NCBI RefSeq assembly: GCF_004010195.1
Contig: NC_057719.1
Coordinates: 55,941,086 to 55,988,330, forward strand
From: Chiloscyllium plagiosum
Lineage: Eukaryota
Length of the DNA: 47,245 bases
Direction: 5' to 3'
Made by a program: the position numbers and the translations under genes. Position 1 is the first letter of the stretch; each line of letters starts with the position of its first letter. The notes below the pieces were generated by a model. It saw only the letters and a program-made list of their open reading frames with translations, did no database searches and was not told the DNA's origin. Positions 11,903 through 24,676 of the stretch are shown one piece after another.

Positions 11903-12935
11903 AGTCATCAAGTCCTATAGAACAGAGGCAGTGCCTTTGACTCAAACTGGTCCATGTCGACAAAAATTTCCATCCACTCTAACCCCATTTCCCTGCACTT
12001 GGCTCCTATCCTTCTAAATCTTTCCTATCCATGTATTTGTCCAAATGCCTTTTAAATGTTGTTAATGTATCCACCTCAACCACTTCCGCTGGCATCTCAT
12101 TCCATGTGCATACCACCCTCTGTATAAAACAAGTTGGCCCTCAGGTTCCTTTTTATTCTTTCCCCTCTAACCTTAAACTGATGCCATCTAGTCCTCAGTT
12201 CCCCAACCCTGGGAAAAAGACTGAGTGCATTCACCTTATCCATGCCTCTCATGATCTTATACACTTCCATAAGATCCCCCCTCAGACTCCTACGCTCTAA
12301 AGATAAAAGTTCTAGCTTGTCCAATCTCTCCCTATAACTCAAACCATTGAGTCCGAGCAACATCCTTGTAAATTTCTTCTGCACTCTTTCCAGTTTAATA
12401 ACATCCTTCCTATAGTAAGGTGACCAAAATGAGCACAATACTCCAAGTGCGGCCTCATCAACGTCCTGTACAACTGCAACATAACTTAAACTTCTATACT
12501 AAATGCCCTGCCTGATGAAGACCAGAGTGCCAAAAGCCTTCTTCACTGCCCTGTCTACCTGTGACTCCACTTTCAGAGGACCGTGCATCTGAATTGCAAG
12601 GTCATTCTGTCCCATTACAGTCGTTAAGGCCCAACCATTCACCATGAAACTCCTACGCTGATTTGACTTTCCAAAACGCAAGACCTCATTCTTATCTATA
12701 TTAAACTCCATTATCGATTTTCTTGGCCCATTTCCCCAACTGATCAAGGCCCTGCTGCAATTTTTGATAGCCTTCCTCATGCCCACAATACCACCTATTA
12801 TAGTATTATCTGCAAACTTACTAATCATGCCTTGCACATTATCATTCAAATCATTGGTAAAGTTAGCAAACAGCAATGGGCCCAGCACTGACCCCGAGGC
12901 ACTCCACTAGTAACAGGCCTCCAGTCCAACAAGCA
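11903..12935 (-). mobile_element. CR1 LINE RT-domain/3' fragment
   Basis: LGPLLF..F.NDL...ISKFADNT (RT FADD motif variant) and LERVQKKFTRMLLGL.GLSYRERL; frameshifted. Confidence 0.92.
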
Positions 12936-13151
12936 TCCTTCCACAAATACCCATTAATCTCATATGAGGAAAATCAAATTTAGATCCATGATGACTTTCA
13001 AATGGGCCATGCATGTTAAATACAGAATTGGAAAAAAATGTTAAAGAAAAGGACTTATCTGTGGTATACCTCCATTTTACAGATGCTAAAATTGTGCCCA
13101 AATTAGAAATAGGTAGCATAATGTCAGTTGCAAAGGCAAGCTATGCAAATT

Positions 13152-13464
13152 TAGGTTAGATTAGATTACTTACAGTGTGGAAACAGGTCCTTCGGCCCAA
13201 CAAGTCCACACAGCCCCACCGAAGCACAACCCACCCAGACATTTGCCTCTTCGCCTGACACTATGGGCAATTTAGCATGGCCAATTCACCTGACCTGCAC
13301 ATTTTTTTTGGATGGTGGGAGGAAACTGGAGCACTCGGAAGAAACCCACATAGACACGGGGAGAATGTGCAAACTCCACACAGAGAGTCACCTGAGGCGG
13401 GAATTGAACCCAGGTCTCTGGTGCTGTGAGGCAGTAGTGCTAACCACTATGCCACCGTGCCGCC
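13152..13464 (-). mobile_element. HE1-like tRNA-derived SINE
   Basis: Minus strand starts GGCGGCACGGTGGCATAGTGGTTAGCACT (A box) ...GGGTTCAATTCCC (B box); CR1-like tail with (TCTAA)n. Confidence 0.9.
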
Positions 13465-16224
13465 AAATTAATGAACATATTACTCTGAGACATTTAAGAT
13501 TCACTGCTACACCTTGATGGGTTGTGCACATTGGAGATCAGGCCTAGCTATTCTTAGAGTCATCTCAAATGTTAAAGATTTTAAAAAGCAAGTAGAATTC
13601 CACAATTTTCCTGTCTTCTGGAATTTTTTTAACAGAGAGCATGGACCAGGCTTCTGTACTTAGCAAGAATTATTATCAAGTACACATTCTAACTACAGAT
13701 AAATAATTATGAACTGTCAATATATAACTCCACTTGTTAAAACTCTAACAAACTTATAAGCTGCCCTCTACCCAAACATACAGACCAACACAGATAGGCA
13801 CAAATAAAACAGGTATAATTGGTAGAGGGAAAGGTGGGAAGGCAGCTCAGTGATCCCTGAGCATAGGGTTTGCTAAGATCATTCTTTGGCTGATCAGAAT
13901 GCTGCTTTCCAATTGTCCTTCTCCAGGTACTTCCACTTGTTTTCAGAAGTCACGGGGTGACTGATTCCCATGTATACAGGTCTCTAACTTAATAAATTAA
14001 TTCACAGCTTACATCAACCAAAAGGGGAAATAAGTTAGCTACCATCATTTTGAAAGTGTGCTTTACTGGAGAGCAAAAACAGTTCCTTCCCTTCCAGAGG
14101 TCCAATGACTGCTAACCCAAGCACTCATATCCCAAGTTATCCAGCTACCTGAGAACCAATCACCTAGCTGTTATGCGGCAGAAAACATTGCCATCGATAA
14201 CTGGTCACTGTTTTACAGACCAACCAGCCGCTTGTTGGCAGCCAAGTTTCCATTCATACACAACACTCTAGAACTAGTTGTCTGTAACTGGACTTTCCCA
14301 CTGCTTGAGCTAACAGCTGCACAACTGTGTAAACAGCACTCTCAATGAGTGTTCAACAACTGACTTTTAAAATGCACAGTAATCCTTGGCTTTTAAAACA
14401 GTTCTTTTCCCATTTCATTCAATAATCAAATATATAAAAGAAATAAAATACTTTGCATGATTTGTATTTTGGGTTCTGACCATATCTTACATTAAACAAT
14501 TTTAATGCATTCCTCCTTGGTAGTGCCACATAAACAATCTTGAAAATAATCAAAATGTTTCTGTAAACTAAACATAGCCAGGCTAACCATTGCAATGACA
14601 TTCTATTGAGCGCTATAGAGAATGTGATCTATTTTTATGGTGCCTAATTCTACATTGAACATTGAAAGCTGTGAGCATTAAGGCTTGCCACATCTGCACA
14701 TTTATGTTGTAATAAAGCTGTAAACTTTTTATTCAAAGAGGGCAGGATTTTTCTTCACATTTTTCCTCTTAGTCATACAATTTAATCTTTGTAAAATATG
14801 GCTATATTTATTTCTGTACTGATATTCACAGCAATCTCAATGTTTATATGCAAGGGTTTTAACATTTTGATATGTTTTATAATCAAAGTACACATCTGAA
14901 TACCTCAAAGGAGTACGTATTCAAATGCGTTATGTTAGTTTATTGTTAAATGAAAATATATTGGTTGCATTGCATGATCTAGTAGTTGCATTACTTATGG
15001 TAATTCACTGTTACCGTGTCAACATTGGACAGAAATAAAAATCAACATAACAAATAGTACCACTTCATTCTGATCCATAGACTTCCCCTTAATATTTTAT
15101 TTAAAGTGTGAAATAGAAAGCTCCATCCATTCTCTAATTCAACAAAAAGCATAATTTTCATTCATTATCTACAAATTAATTCAGACTTGCAACTCATTTA
15201 TTTAACTTTCATCAGCATATGTATCCTTAGAAATATATAGAGCCCTTCCTTAGCTTTGATCATACATGTAGCCTAATGAGTTGGTCTCACTTTGAATGGC
15301 TTAATTGCTTTTCCCTTCATTTGAAATTTGGTCAATAATATCTCAAGGATTCTTGCAGGTATCTGGCAGGATGGTTATTACTCCCAAATAGGGAATTGTA
15401 GTGCTCACCCGCACCAAGATTTTACATACGCTCTTCAAGAGAAGAATACGTGGAACTGTAATATTTCAGGAGGCAACTTCCAAGACAATGTATGAGCACT
15501 GATTATTGAGGCTTATCATGAAATGGTCTTCCTATAGTTCATTGGAAAAGAACAACAAGATATTCAGTCCCTCAAACAGCTTCTCCTATTCAATTAGATG
15601 ATGTCTATTTGTATCTCAAATCCATTTACCTGCCTTTGGTAGCTATTCTTTGAAACAATTATCTAAACGTACCAATCAGCCTCTGACTAGTCTTGATCAA
15701 CACCTGTAGCTCATGTGAAATATGATGATGCAACCCCACGGCAGATTTAGTTTGATTAGAATCATGTCATGTTAGAGTGTTACAGTGAGAGCTTGCAAAT
15801 CTATAGCAACGTTACTAAGATAATCTTGAAATATCTGGCAAAATTCAAGTTACAATTTTAAATAAGTAAGGAATACTTGAGTAAATGATGCTGCTAGGAT
15901 TTATTGCTTTAAGATAGAGTGCTGATGAAGTGAGGCCAAAGCTGTTAATCAGCAGATGAGTGCTAGGCTCAGCTTGCACAGAGAGAACCTAAAATGCCCT
16001 TTCCTTCCACTAAAGAAACTTGGCAGACTTAAGAAGTGGCAAATAGTGAGATGGTTGGAACAGAAATCTGTTAAGATCCCCCTGCCATTTACGGTAGGTA
16101 ATTTGGAGGAAAGGGACTCCCACTGATGGTCCTGTGAAGAGCAGGGAATGGAAAATCCCAGTCATTTTGAGGACGTAGCAGCTGATCTCATTTCCTGAAA
16201 TTTATCTCTTTCTCTACCAAGATC

Positions 16225-17110
16225 TATAGGAACACAAAGAATAGAAGTGGGAACAGACCATATAGCCCCGAAGTCTGTTCTGCCCTTCAGCTGATGGTGG
16301 ATCATCTGCAACAACTCCACTTTCTAGCCTATTCACCATTTCTCTTGATATCCTGCAGGATCTCTATTCCAGTCTGGTTTACCCTCAACTATAAAGTACC
16401 CAAAACTTGATGGAGCAAAGAGTCCCAACAATTCACAATCTTCTGAGTGAAGAAATTTCTCTTCATCTCAGACCTAAATGATCCACCCATTAGTCTGACA
16501 CTATGCCTCTATGTTCCAGATTCACCAACCAGCTAGTCATGGTTGTCAATAGTGATTATCAATGGGGTGAACATGATGCTGTACGACACCATGATACATC
16601 AGCCTCACAATGTCTAGGCTGCCAAGCCCTCTATGAATTTTATGTTTTGATATGATTATATCTTATTGTTCTAAACTCCAGACAGTATAGACCCAGGTTA
16701 CTCAGCTTCTTGTCAAAGGACAACTCACCTATCTCAAGAACCAACCCTCAAATCCCAGGATTGAATCTATTGCCTTCAGGGCAGGTATAGCCTTCCTTAC
16801 GTTTCGAGACCAAAACTTCACAAACTATTCCAAATATGGTAAACTTTTATAATATTGTTAGATATGCTTCTTCATGTACACCAGGTACCCTGCAATGAAA
16901 ACCAATGTGACATTTAGCTTACTAACTGCTTATTGCACCAGACTGTTAACCTTGTACTCTTTGCATGAGTACAACTAAGTATCTCTGAAAATCAAACTTT
17001 TACACCTCTTGAACAATATTCTGATTTTCTATTCTTATTACCAAATTGACTAACCTAGTGTCTTCTTACAATATACTCCATCTGCTACATTGCTCTAAAC
17101 TGATTAAGTT
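16225..17110 (-). mobile_element. Old CR1 LINE fragment
   Basis: Degenerate match to the minus-strand CR1 pattern (GAAGAAATTTCTCTTCATCTCAG, TTCTAAACTCCAG, GAGACCAAAAC). Confidence 0.65.
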
Positions 17111-17325
17111 CTCAAAATCTCGTTGCCCTTTCTTTGTCTGAAAATGCATTGTGGGCAATAGGGGTTTCACCCACCAGCTGGAAATCCAGTGAATGACCAT
17201 GGTTGCCTTACTCTGGGAGACCCCAACATTACTGATAAGTAGTCAGTAAATTGATACTTCAATTAATGTGCTAAAGTTGAAAGGAAATTATTGTGAATTA
17301 AATACAATTTAAAAAGCCTACAGGG

Positions 17326-17668
17326 AATAGAATCCCTACAGAGTGGCAACAGGCCATTTGGCCCAACAAGTCCACACCAACCCTCCGAAGATTAACCCGC
17401 CCAGACCCATTTCCCTATCCTTTTACTCTACTGACTAATGCACATAACCTACGCATTCCTGAACACTATGGGCAATTTAGCATGGCCAATTCACCTAACC
17501 TGCACACCTTTGGACTGTGGGCAGAAACTGGAGCACCCAGAAGAAACCCACACAGACACATGGAGAACATGCAAACTCCACACAGAAAGTCATCCGAAGC
17601 TGGAATCAAACTGGGTCCCTCATGCTGTGAGGTAGCAGTGCCAGCCGCTGAGCCACCGTGCTGCTGCC
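17326..17668 (-). mobile_element. HE1-like SINE
   Basis: Same body as 13152-13464 (GGGCAATTTAGCATGGCCAATTCACCTAACCTGCAC). Confidence 0.9.
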
Positions 17669-18524
17669 ATCCAGCAAGACCAAGAACAAGGAAACACAGA
17701 AACATGTAAGAATCCTTTCAGCTGCTGCAAGGTGACCAGCCGAATAAGGATGTTGATCCTCAAGAATATTCTTTAAGATGTTAAGAAAGAATTGATAAGG
17801 TTTAAAAAAAAGATTTGCTTTCAAATTGCAAGAAAAAGCTTCACCACAAACAACATGAATCTGTTTAGAAAGCTACAGAGATTAGTGGAATTTCTTTAAA
17901 GTTAGCCGATAAATATACACTTTCATCAGGCTGAAGCAGATCTTTGACTCAGATATGCTTGAGTTGTCTCAAAAGGGAACTCCCCTTAGGCTCAAGCAAG
18001 ACAAAAAGCAACCCACAAATATATTTTGGATTGAGTATGATTGCTATATAATATTTGGGTCAAAATCCTGAACATATTTTAAAAGGATTTGCTACCATAT
18101 ATATCTGCTTAACTTGCTGTTACTTAGATTTAATTAAGGTGGAATCTTCCCAGCAAGTAAACAACACGAGCATTGGCAAGACAGCTGGAAAAATATGGTG
18201 AGGTCAAGAGAAATTAGATTCTCTATGTCAAGAAAAAGCATCCAATTCTCAAATAATGTTTTAAACAATGAGACAAGAATCTCACTAGTGTATGGCGAGA
18301 AGCCTATTTGCATCTAATTGCAAACATTAGCATGCAATTATTCTCCAATTGCACCTCATTGATATGCAGTTTCCCATTCTCCCACTGCCTGGATAGAAAC
18401 TAGATGGTGACAATTCCCAACATGAAAGTATCAACTCCAGCTCATCACTTGATCCTCCAGACCTTTATCTTGGACAGCAGTCACGATATCTCCAGGAAAC
18501 CTCAAGAAAGAACTGTGGTTTCTG

Positions 18525-18633
18525 TAAATCAAAAACAAAAACAAAAATTGCTGGAAAAGCTCAGCAAGTCAGGCAGTATCTGTGGAGAGAAATCAGAGTT
18601 AATGTTTCAGATCGAGTGACCTTTCCTCAGAAT
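18525..18633 (-). mobile_element. Penelope-derived fragment with hammerhead-like core
   Basis: Minus strand CTGAGGA-A-AGGTC(ACTC)GATCT-GAAA-CATT, followed by the typical arm. Confidence 0.6.
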
Positions 18634-18792
18634 TTATATCTCATGCATTTCCATGAGCAAAAACTGCCCAAACAACTGAAGTTGGCATTAGTCATGCACC
18701 AGACTCATCACACCCTCATGGCACATCTCTGACCCACTCACAATGGGTGGGTTCTGCACTTCAATGTATTGACAGTGTTCATTAAAATGCTG

Positions 18793-19085
18793 AGATTAGA
18801 TGCCCTACAGTGTGGGAACAGGCCCTTCGACCCAACAAGTCCACACCAACCCTCTGAAGAGCAACCCAACCAGACCCATTCCCCTAACTAATGCACCTAA
18901 CAGTACAGGTAATTTAGCATGGTCAATTCACTTAACCTGCACATCTTTGGACTGTGGGAGGAAATCCACACAGACATGGGGAGAATGTGCAAACTCCACA
19001 CAGACAGTTGCCCGAGGCAGGAATTGAACCCAGGTCTCTGGCATTGTGAGGCAGCAGTGCTAACCACTGAGCTACTGTGCCGCCC
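18793..19085 (-). mobile_element. HE1-like SINE
   Basis: A/B boxes and conserved body as in the other copies. Confidence 0.9.
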
Positions 19086-19629
19086 CAAATCACTTTACAT
19101 GCAGGGTAAGACACCAACTCATGGGTTGGACCACAATGCATATCAGGGTTCCACGTTTGCTGTTTTAGTATTCACTTACTTTGCCCTTACCTTGAAGCTC
19201 ACAGCATCTGTTTTAAAAAATTCTCAAGGTCAAGGTGTATAACAAGATTCACACGGGACTAAGCGACACCTTCCATTTTCGGTTAGATTCACACATGTAT
19301 TGGGACACAATTTTAACCCTTTCACCACAGCATCCCTGCCTTGTCTTAACATTTTGCACTCCACCCCTCAACCAGAAATTACAGGCTCACAGTTCTTCTC
19401 TCTTGCTTTTTAATTCAGGCACAAAACCAGACAGCTTGTCATGGCTGCCAGCAGTGATCAGTCATGAGGGTGGATATATTGCTACTAACACCCTGATAAA
19501 TGAGTATTACACCTGTACCATGTGCCCGCAGCTATATAGCAAGAATTCTGCCAATTAGCCTATTTTCAGAACCTAAGGAGAGTCATCCTTGCTTAAAATC
19601 GATTTGCCGTCAGGTGTCACCTGAAATTT

Positions 19630-20025
19630 CTCTTCAGCACAACCCTAAATGGCTTACCCCGTTTCCTTAGACTGTGATTGCAGGTTTTGGACTCCTCTAT
19701 TATCAGGAACATCCTTCCCATATTCACTCTGTCCAGTCCTGTTAGAAGTTTATAGGTTTCTATGAGATCCTCTGTATTCTTCTAAACTCCTGGGAATGTA
19801 GTCCTAACCAATCCAGTCTCTTTTGATACATCATTCCTGTTATCCCAGAAATTATGTCATTCCATGAATCCACCTGGTGAATCTTCATTGCACTACCTCC
19901 ACAGCCAGAACATGCTTCCTCAGATAAGGAGACTAAAACAGGACACTATACTACGTGTGTGGTCTCACCATGCCCTATACAATTGGAGCAAGACACCCCT
20001 GCTCTATACTCGATTCCTCTCACAA
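19630..20025 (-). mobile_element. CR1 LINE fragment
   Basis: GTTTCTATGAGATCC...TCTTCTAAACTCC and CAGATAAGGAGACTAAAAC match the reverse of CR1 ORF2 C-terminal motifs. Confidence 0.75.
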
Positions 20026-23000
20026 TCTTCGCAAATTCTGGACAGAAGTTGATCATTCCTTCACTGATAATTCAATGTCCTAATTATAATTCCTATTTCT
20101 GCAAAGAGCTTATTTCTGGCTGGAATATCAGTAGATATTGGCTGGAATACGATTAAGTACATTTGGAAGCAAAAAGAACAGGAATAGTAAGAGAACAGGG
20201 TTAAGAACCAATCAGTGGAACTGATTGGATAGCCCTTTTAAAGAACTAATGATGCCCTGTATGGCACCTCTTTCAATGCTGTACAACTCTCACAATGATA
20301 TAAGGATAAAATAAGTTGACAGTTTGGCCCCCTTTCCATTAAAGTAGAAAATGCTGGAAGTGAAGAATAGGTTACTCATCAACTATAAGAATGACATATA
20401 TTAACGATGGTCATCAATTCTTAAGAGCACAGAATTAATACAGCACAGAAAGAGGACATTCAGCCCAACGTATCCACACCAACTCTTCAGACAAGCTTCA
20501 TAGAATTATCATAGAATCCCTACAGTGTTGAAACAGGCCATTTGGCCCAATGAGTCCACACTGACCCATTGGACTCGGTTTAAAAGACATTCAGGTAAGT
20601 TCATGGACTGGTTGGACCGAAGGGTCTGTTTCCATGTTGTCTGACTCTATGACTCTACAACCCTGTGCCAATCTCCTGCTTTTTCTCTTTTCCCTTGTAC
20701 AGTATTTCTATCCAAATTGCAATTCAATGCCCTCTTGGATGTGTAAATTGAACTGGCATCCACCCAGTTCCAGGCAGTGCATTTCATCCCTTAACTACTC
20801 ATTGCCTAAAAACATTTTTTTTCTCACATCTGGTCTAATGAAAGGTTACAACTAATGCATTAATTTTCAGCTTTCAATTCTGGAATCAGCTGCTACTGAA
20901 TTGATTCTATCCAGGCAGCACATGATTCATGTATTATATGACTCCAAATCAGACTTTTAGGTCTAGGAGGGAAGTATACCCATTTTGTTAGTCCCAACTA
21001 GTAAAATTAGAAATATTCTGAAAGTTTAGTTTGGGATCTTTCACAGTCTCCAAATATTATTAAAAATATTGCTTCACTTGATGACTGAATCCTTTACAAA
21101 TGCAATAAATATGCAATACAAATATTTTGACACCACAACAAAGCAACATATCATGTTCTGTTAAACTAGGCATGTGGAATGGTATCCCATGAACATAAAG
21201 GTTTTTGTATCCTTTGCTCCAAATTCAGATCAGGGCTCAGTTTAGAAGCTGAATCATTATGAGTTAGAAACCACTTGATAGTGAAGCAAAAATGACAGTA
21301 TAATTGTACTCACGAATGTTCACTGAACTACTGTACAATTCAAGCATTAACTATTTAATTGGACAGAATTTGGCAGGGAAACAATAATTTACATGTACCT
21401 TTTTCCGTCATCTTCACTGTATTTGTTGCTTCCAATGCTGTCCTCTACTACTCCAGGGAAATCAAACAAACTGGAAGATTGCTTTATGGAACTTCTGTTC
21501 TGACCAGATGAGAGGGATAACTCATTTATCTCTTCTTAACCTCCTCTTGATCAGTCATAACAAATACTTTTAATTGCCTTTTTTAGCACCAGGCTATCAC
21601 ATTTGAATTAAAATACTGTTTGGTAGAAAATGAAGGAGCCAATTATGAAGATTTTCATGAGTGAAAGAAAGAGGAATTTCAATACTATGAACTGAGTGGA
21701 AAATCATAAAACATGACATCAAACATACACACAAACACAGGTAATAAGTTTAAAAGAAGCAAGCACAGTCGTAGTACAAACAGGAAAATGCAAGCTGTAT
21801 TTGTTTATTTAAAAGACAGATTGTCCGTGATGGCTTAAGGTATTAAAATCAGATGGTGGAAGGTAAATTTCAATAGGCCTTGTTTACCATTATTGTCACA
21901 TCTCACTATCACAAAGAATGGATGCAAACAATATTTCTCTTTTTACTTACAGTAAATATTCCGTTATCAGGTCAATATAAGAATGAACAGTGGAAACATG
22001 GGATAGCAACACACATTTCACATTCACTCTCCTTGACCCAAATGCATGGTTTCAAATCTAGCACTGGGACTAAAGGTGGAATTTGTTTGGTGGATTGTGA
22101 CATCTACACTGGTTTGTCTCCTGTAGTGTGTTTGGGCTTGCATCCTGCTAATCATTCTTATTAAACTTTACATCAACCCAATGAACACATTGAGGTTTGA
22201 AACTTAGTTCCGTTCCTTGGATCTTCCATTGGGCAAATCTACATTTATCTCCCTGGTAGCATTTGCCAGTGATGGCTGTTTTAGAGTATGCTTTCTTTTG
22301 GGAATAGAATTTTCCTAAACTGATCCACTCTCCCTTGAACATAACTGTCATTAGGAAGTTGTTCAGCTTCAATCTGCTGTTCAACCAAGCAGATCTTCCA
22401 CTTAAGTGAGGCTCTACCATCATATTCTCCCAGTATGGCTGAGAAATCCAAAATCCCTGTAATTTAACTATGAATATTTCTGTTAATCAGATTTCTGGCT
22501 CTAGTTTGTCAACCTTTGTCACTTCCACTAGTTCTTTCTTGCCCTCTTTTGTCATAACTATCTGATCCCCAACTCTGTTTAATGCTTTTATTTTTGTTCT
22601 CTATGAAAATATTAATATTAAATGTGAACATCTTTGCATTTTAAATATTAAACAATCAAGAAAACCTTTTTTGCAGCTTTTATTTCAAACAATAACAGAA
22701 ATAGCTTTTGAAGGGACAACTTATTTCCCGCACTCCAATTCTGTGTTTCATCTGGGAAAACGTCGTGAACTGATCCCCCAAATTAGTTAAAACCAGACAA
22801 GAAGGAAGAATCGCTCTCAGTCAGTCACAACAACTTGTTTTTATTTTTTTTCCTTTCAGCATGCAGATATCACTAATCAAATAAAAAGTAATTTGCCAAA
22901 AAATAAAGGAGCCAAATTCTCAGGGTTTTTTGATGAAGGAAAAGAGGTGTGTTATTTATTACCTACAAGTCCTACAGTAAATAAAATGCACCATCAGACA

Positions 23001-23244
23001 CAAAGGGAAGTAGTGGTAACTTTAAAAGCAGGGAGGAGTGGGTCGAGTCCAAACAGGAAAAAATAAAAGCAAATTCAATTTTTGAAGTTCTTAGAGGCCT
23101 TGGGCTGCAAGAGTGAAGGTTGAGTGCACAACTGTTTAGCTGTGGTATCATTTCATCATCAGTTGTGAGATTGATTGAATTCTTGGGAAACAGTTGGTTT
23201 CCTAAGATACTTTATCATTGGACAATTGGGATATGAGTGAGCAC

Positions 23245-23428
23245 TTAATGCCGATCCCTATTTGCCTTTCAGAAGATGATGATGAGCTACCTTCTTGAAT
23301 CATTGTGGTCCATGTTCTGTAGGAGGAGAATTTGCAGATTGTGATGTTCCCATGTATCTGCTGTCCTTGTCCTCTGGATAGAAGTGGTTGTGGGTTTGGA
23401 AGGCGTTGTCTAAGGAACATTGGCAAAA
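23245..23428 (-). mobile_element. CR1/L2-type LINE 3' fragment
   Basis: Reverse-complement similarity to 46850-47100 (CCTTCTAAACC...AGGACA...GCAGATACA.GGAACA). Confidence 0.65.
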
Positions 23429-23429
23429 T

Positions 23430-23860
23430 TGTATGGGTATACTCATGTCCTGCTTTAATGTTCAATAATAATATAGCACAATCTGCTAGTAGTCGAGTGA
23501 ATGGTTCTTCAAAAACTGGTATAGGTTTTATCACATCTTGAGATCGTCCCACCACCTCTCATGAATGGCATGTTTCACAGAGCTACACCACACCTTTATG
23601 AAATCTTGACATTGTATATCATTGCTTGAAACTTCCATAACCCGAAATGTCCTGCCATAGGAATTTCCTGTGCTCTTGCGATATCTCCTTACAATATCTG
23701 AACAACCATCCATCCTTCCTCCATTGTCAGTGAGAAAGTCTCCACTTTGATATTCGAATTCGGTTTTAATATAATGATACTCTGGAACTTCTTCAACCTC
23801 AGTAGTCTGAGCTGCCTTTGCAAACTTATTTCACTCTGGATCTACTTCCTGAGCATCAAT
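23430..23860 (-). mobile_element. Decayed Gypsy (Ty3) integrase remnant
   Basis: Across frameshifts: AQEVDPE...VPEYHY, AQEIPMAGHFG (zinc-binding H-x-G) and PIPVFEEPFTRLLADC...KAGHEY (start of the rve core). Confidence 0.7.
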
Positions 23861-24170
23861 TAATTAAGACATGCCAAACACAGAGACAAAATACAGACAG
23901 CAGATAACAGGAAGACATCTATTTATGAATCTATCATTTAACTTCTCTCTTCACTCTGCCAAGTGAGTTACTCAAATATGGTTTATTTTATACTCCTGAG
24001 TCAAGCTATATTGGTTTTTTCCAAGGTAAAATTCGGAAAGTAGCATTTGATCTCACAATATGATAACTTAATGTACAAGTAGGAATTAACCAAATGATTC
24101 AAGTTTCCTAGTGTTGAGATGGTTGAATCGATTCATTATCCGTGGATGAAATGGAAATATCAGTGTAGTC

Positions 24171-24406
24171 TGTAGTGATTGTAATGAGGTCATCCAGGTG
24201 GACCTCATAGAATATTAGTTCCCTGATTGGGGTTATTAACCTGGTGCAATCAGGGACCCCTGGCTGACAGATATAAACAGGAGTGTCAGAGGTCCTGCTC
24301 ACTCTGAGAGCTGGCTCTGAGGGAGCAGAATCAGTGTCAAGGACTCTTCACATGTATATAAAGAATGACTTGGTGATGGAATACCAGCCACTGTGGAGTT
24401 ACTTCA
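24171..24406 (+). mobile_element. Solo LTR (236 bp) with 5-bp TSD
   Basis: Begins TGTAGTG, ends TACTTCA (TG..CA), flanked by TAGTC on both sides (24166-24170, 24407-24411), internal TATAAA. Confidence 0.85.
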
Positions 24407-24676
24407 TAGTCAATTTAGTGTATTCTAAATGAGTTCACTGGACTTGTCTCAACCTCCAGTCAGGTAATCCCAGCTGCTGTTTTAAATCAGTGTTTATCTT
24501 CTTTAAAAATCACTTTAATCCACAAATGTTTCATATATTAAAATCAGATGACAAAAGTTGAACACCAATAGTCTACGTTTAACATTATAATTGTTCACTT
24601 CTGTTCATTTTGAAAGCATGATCCTGAGTTGCCAATCCCATCATTTTAATTCTTCACCTTGGTCACAAACTGACAT

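Noticed and set aside
13600..14450. LTR-like composition (also 10050-10860 and 39800-40950)
   Set aside because: Could not define termini, TSDs or convincing coding motifs by eye.
15349..15490. Possible exon after TTCTTGCAG (GIWQDGYYSQIGNCS...)
   Set aside because: Weak donor, no recognisable protein, and competing equally weak minus-strand sites.
13263..19242. Recurring short ORFs such as MGNLAWPIHLTCT and MGRMCKLHT
   Set aside because: Antisense translations of HE1-like SINE copies.
22148..22423. TGKCYQGDKCRFAQ, resembling a CCCH zinc finger
   Set aside because: Lacks the first Cys and the final His and has no splice support. Neighbouring frames look more like a very decayed CR1 ORF2 linker (KKAYSKTAITGK similar to KEKAY..AK.SG).
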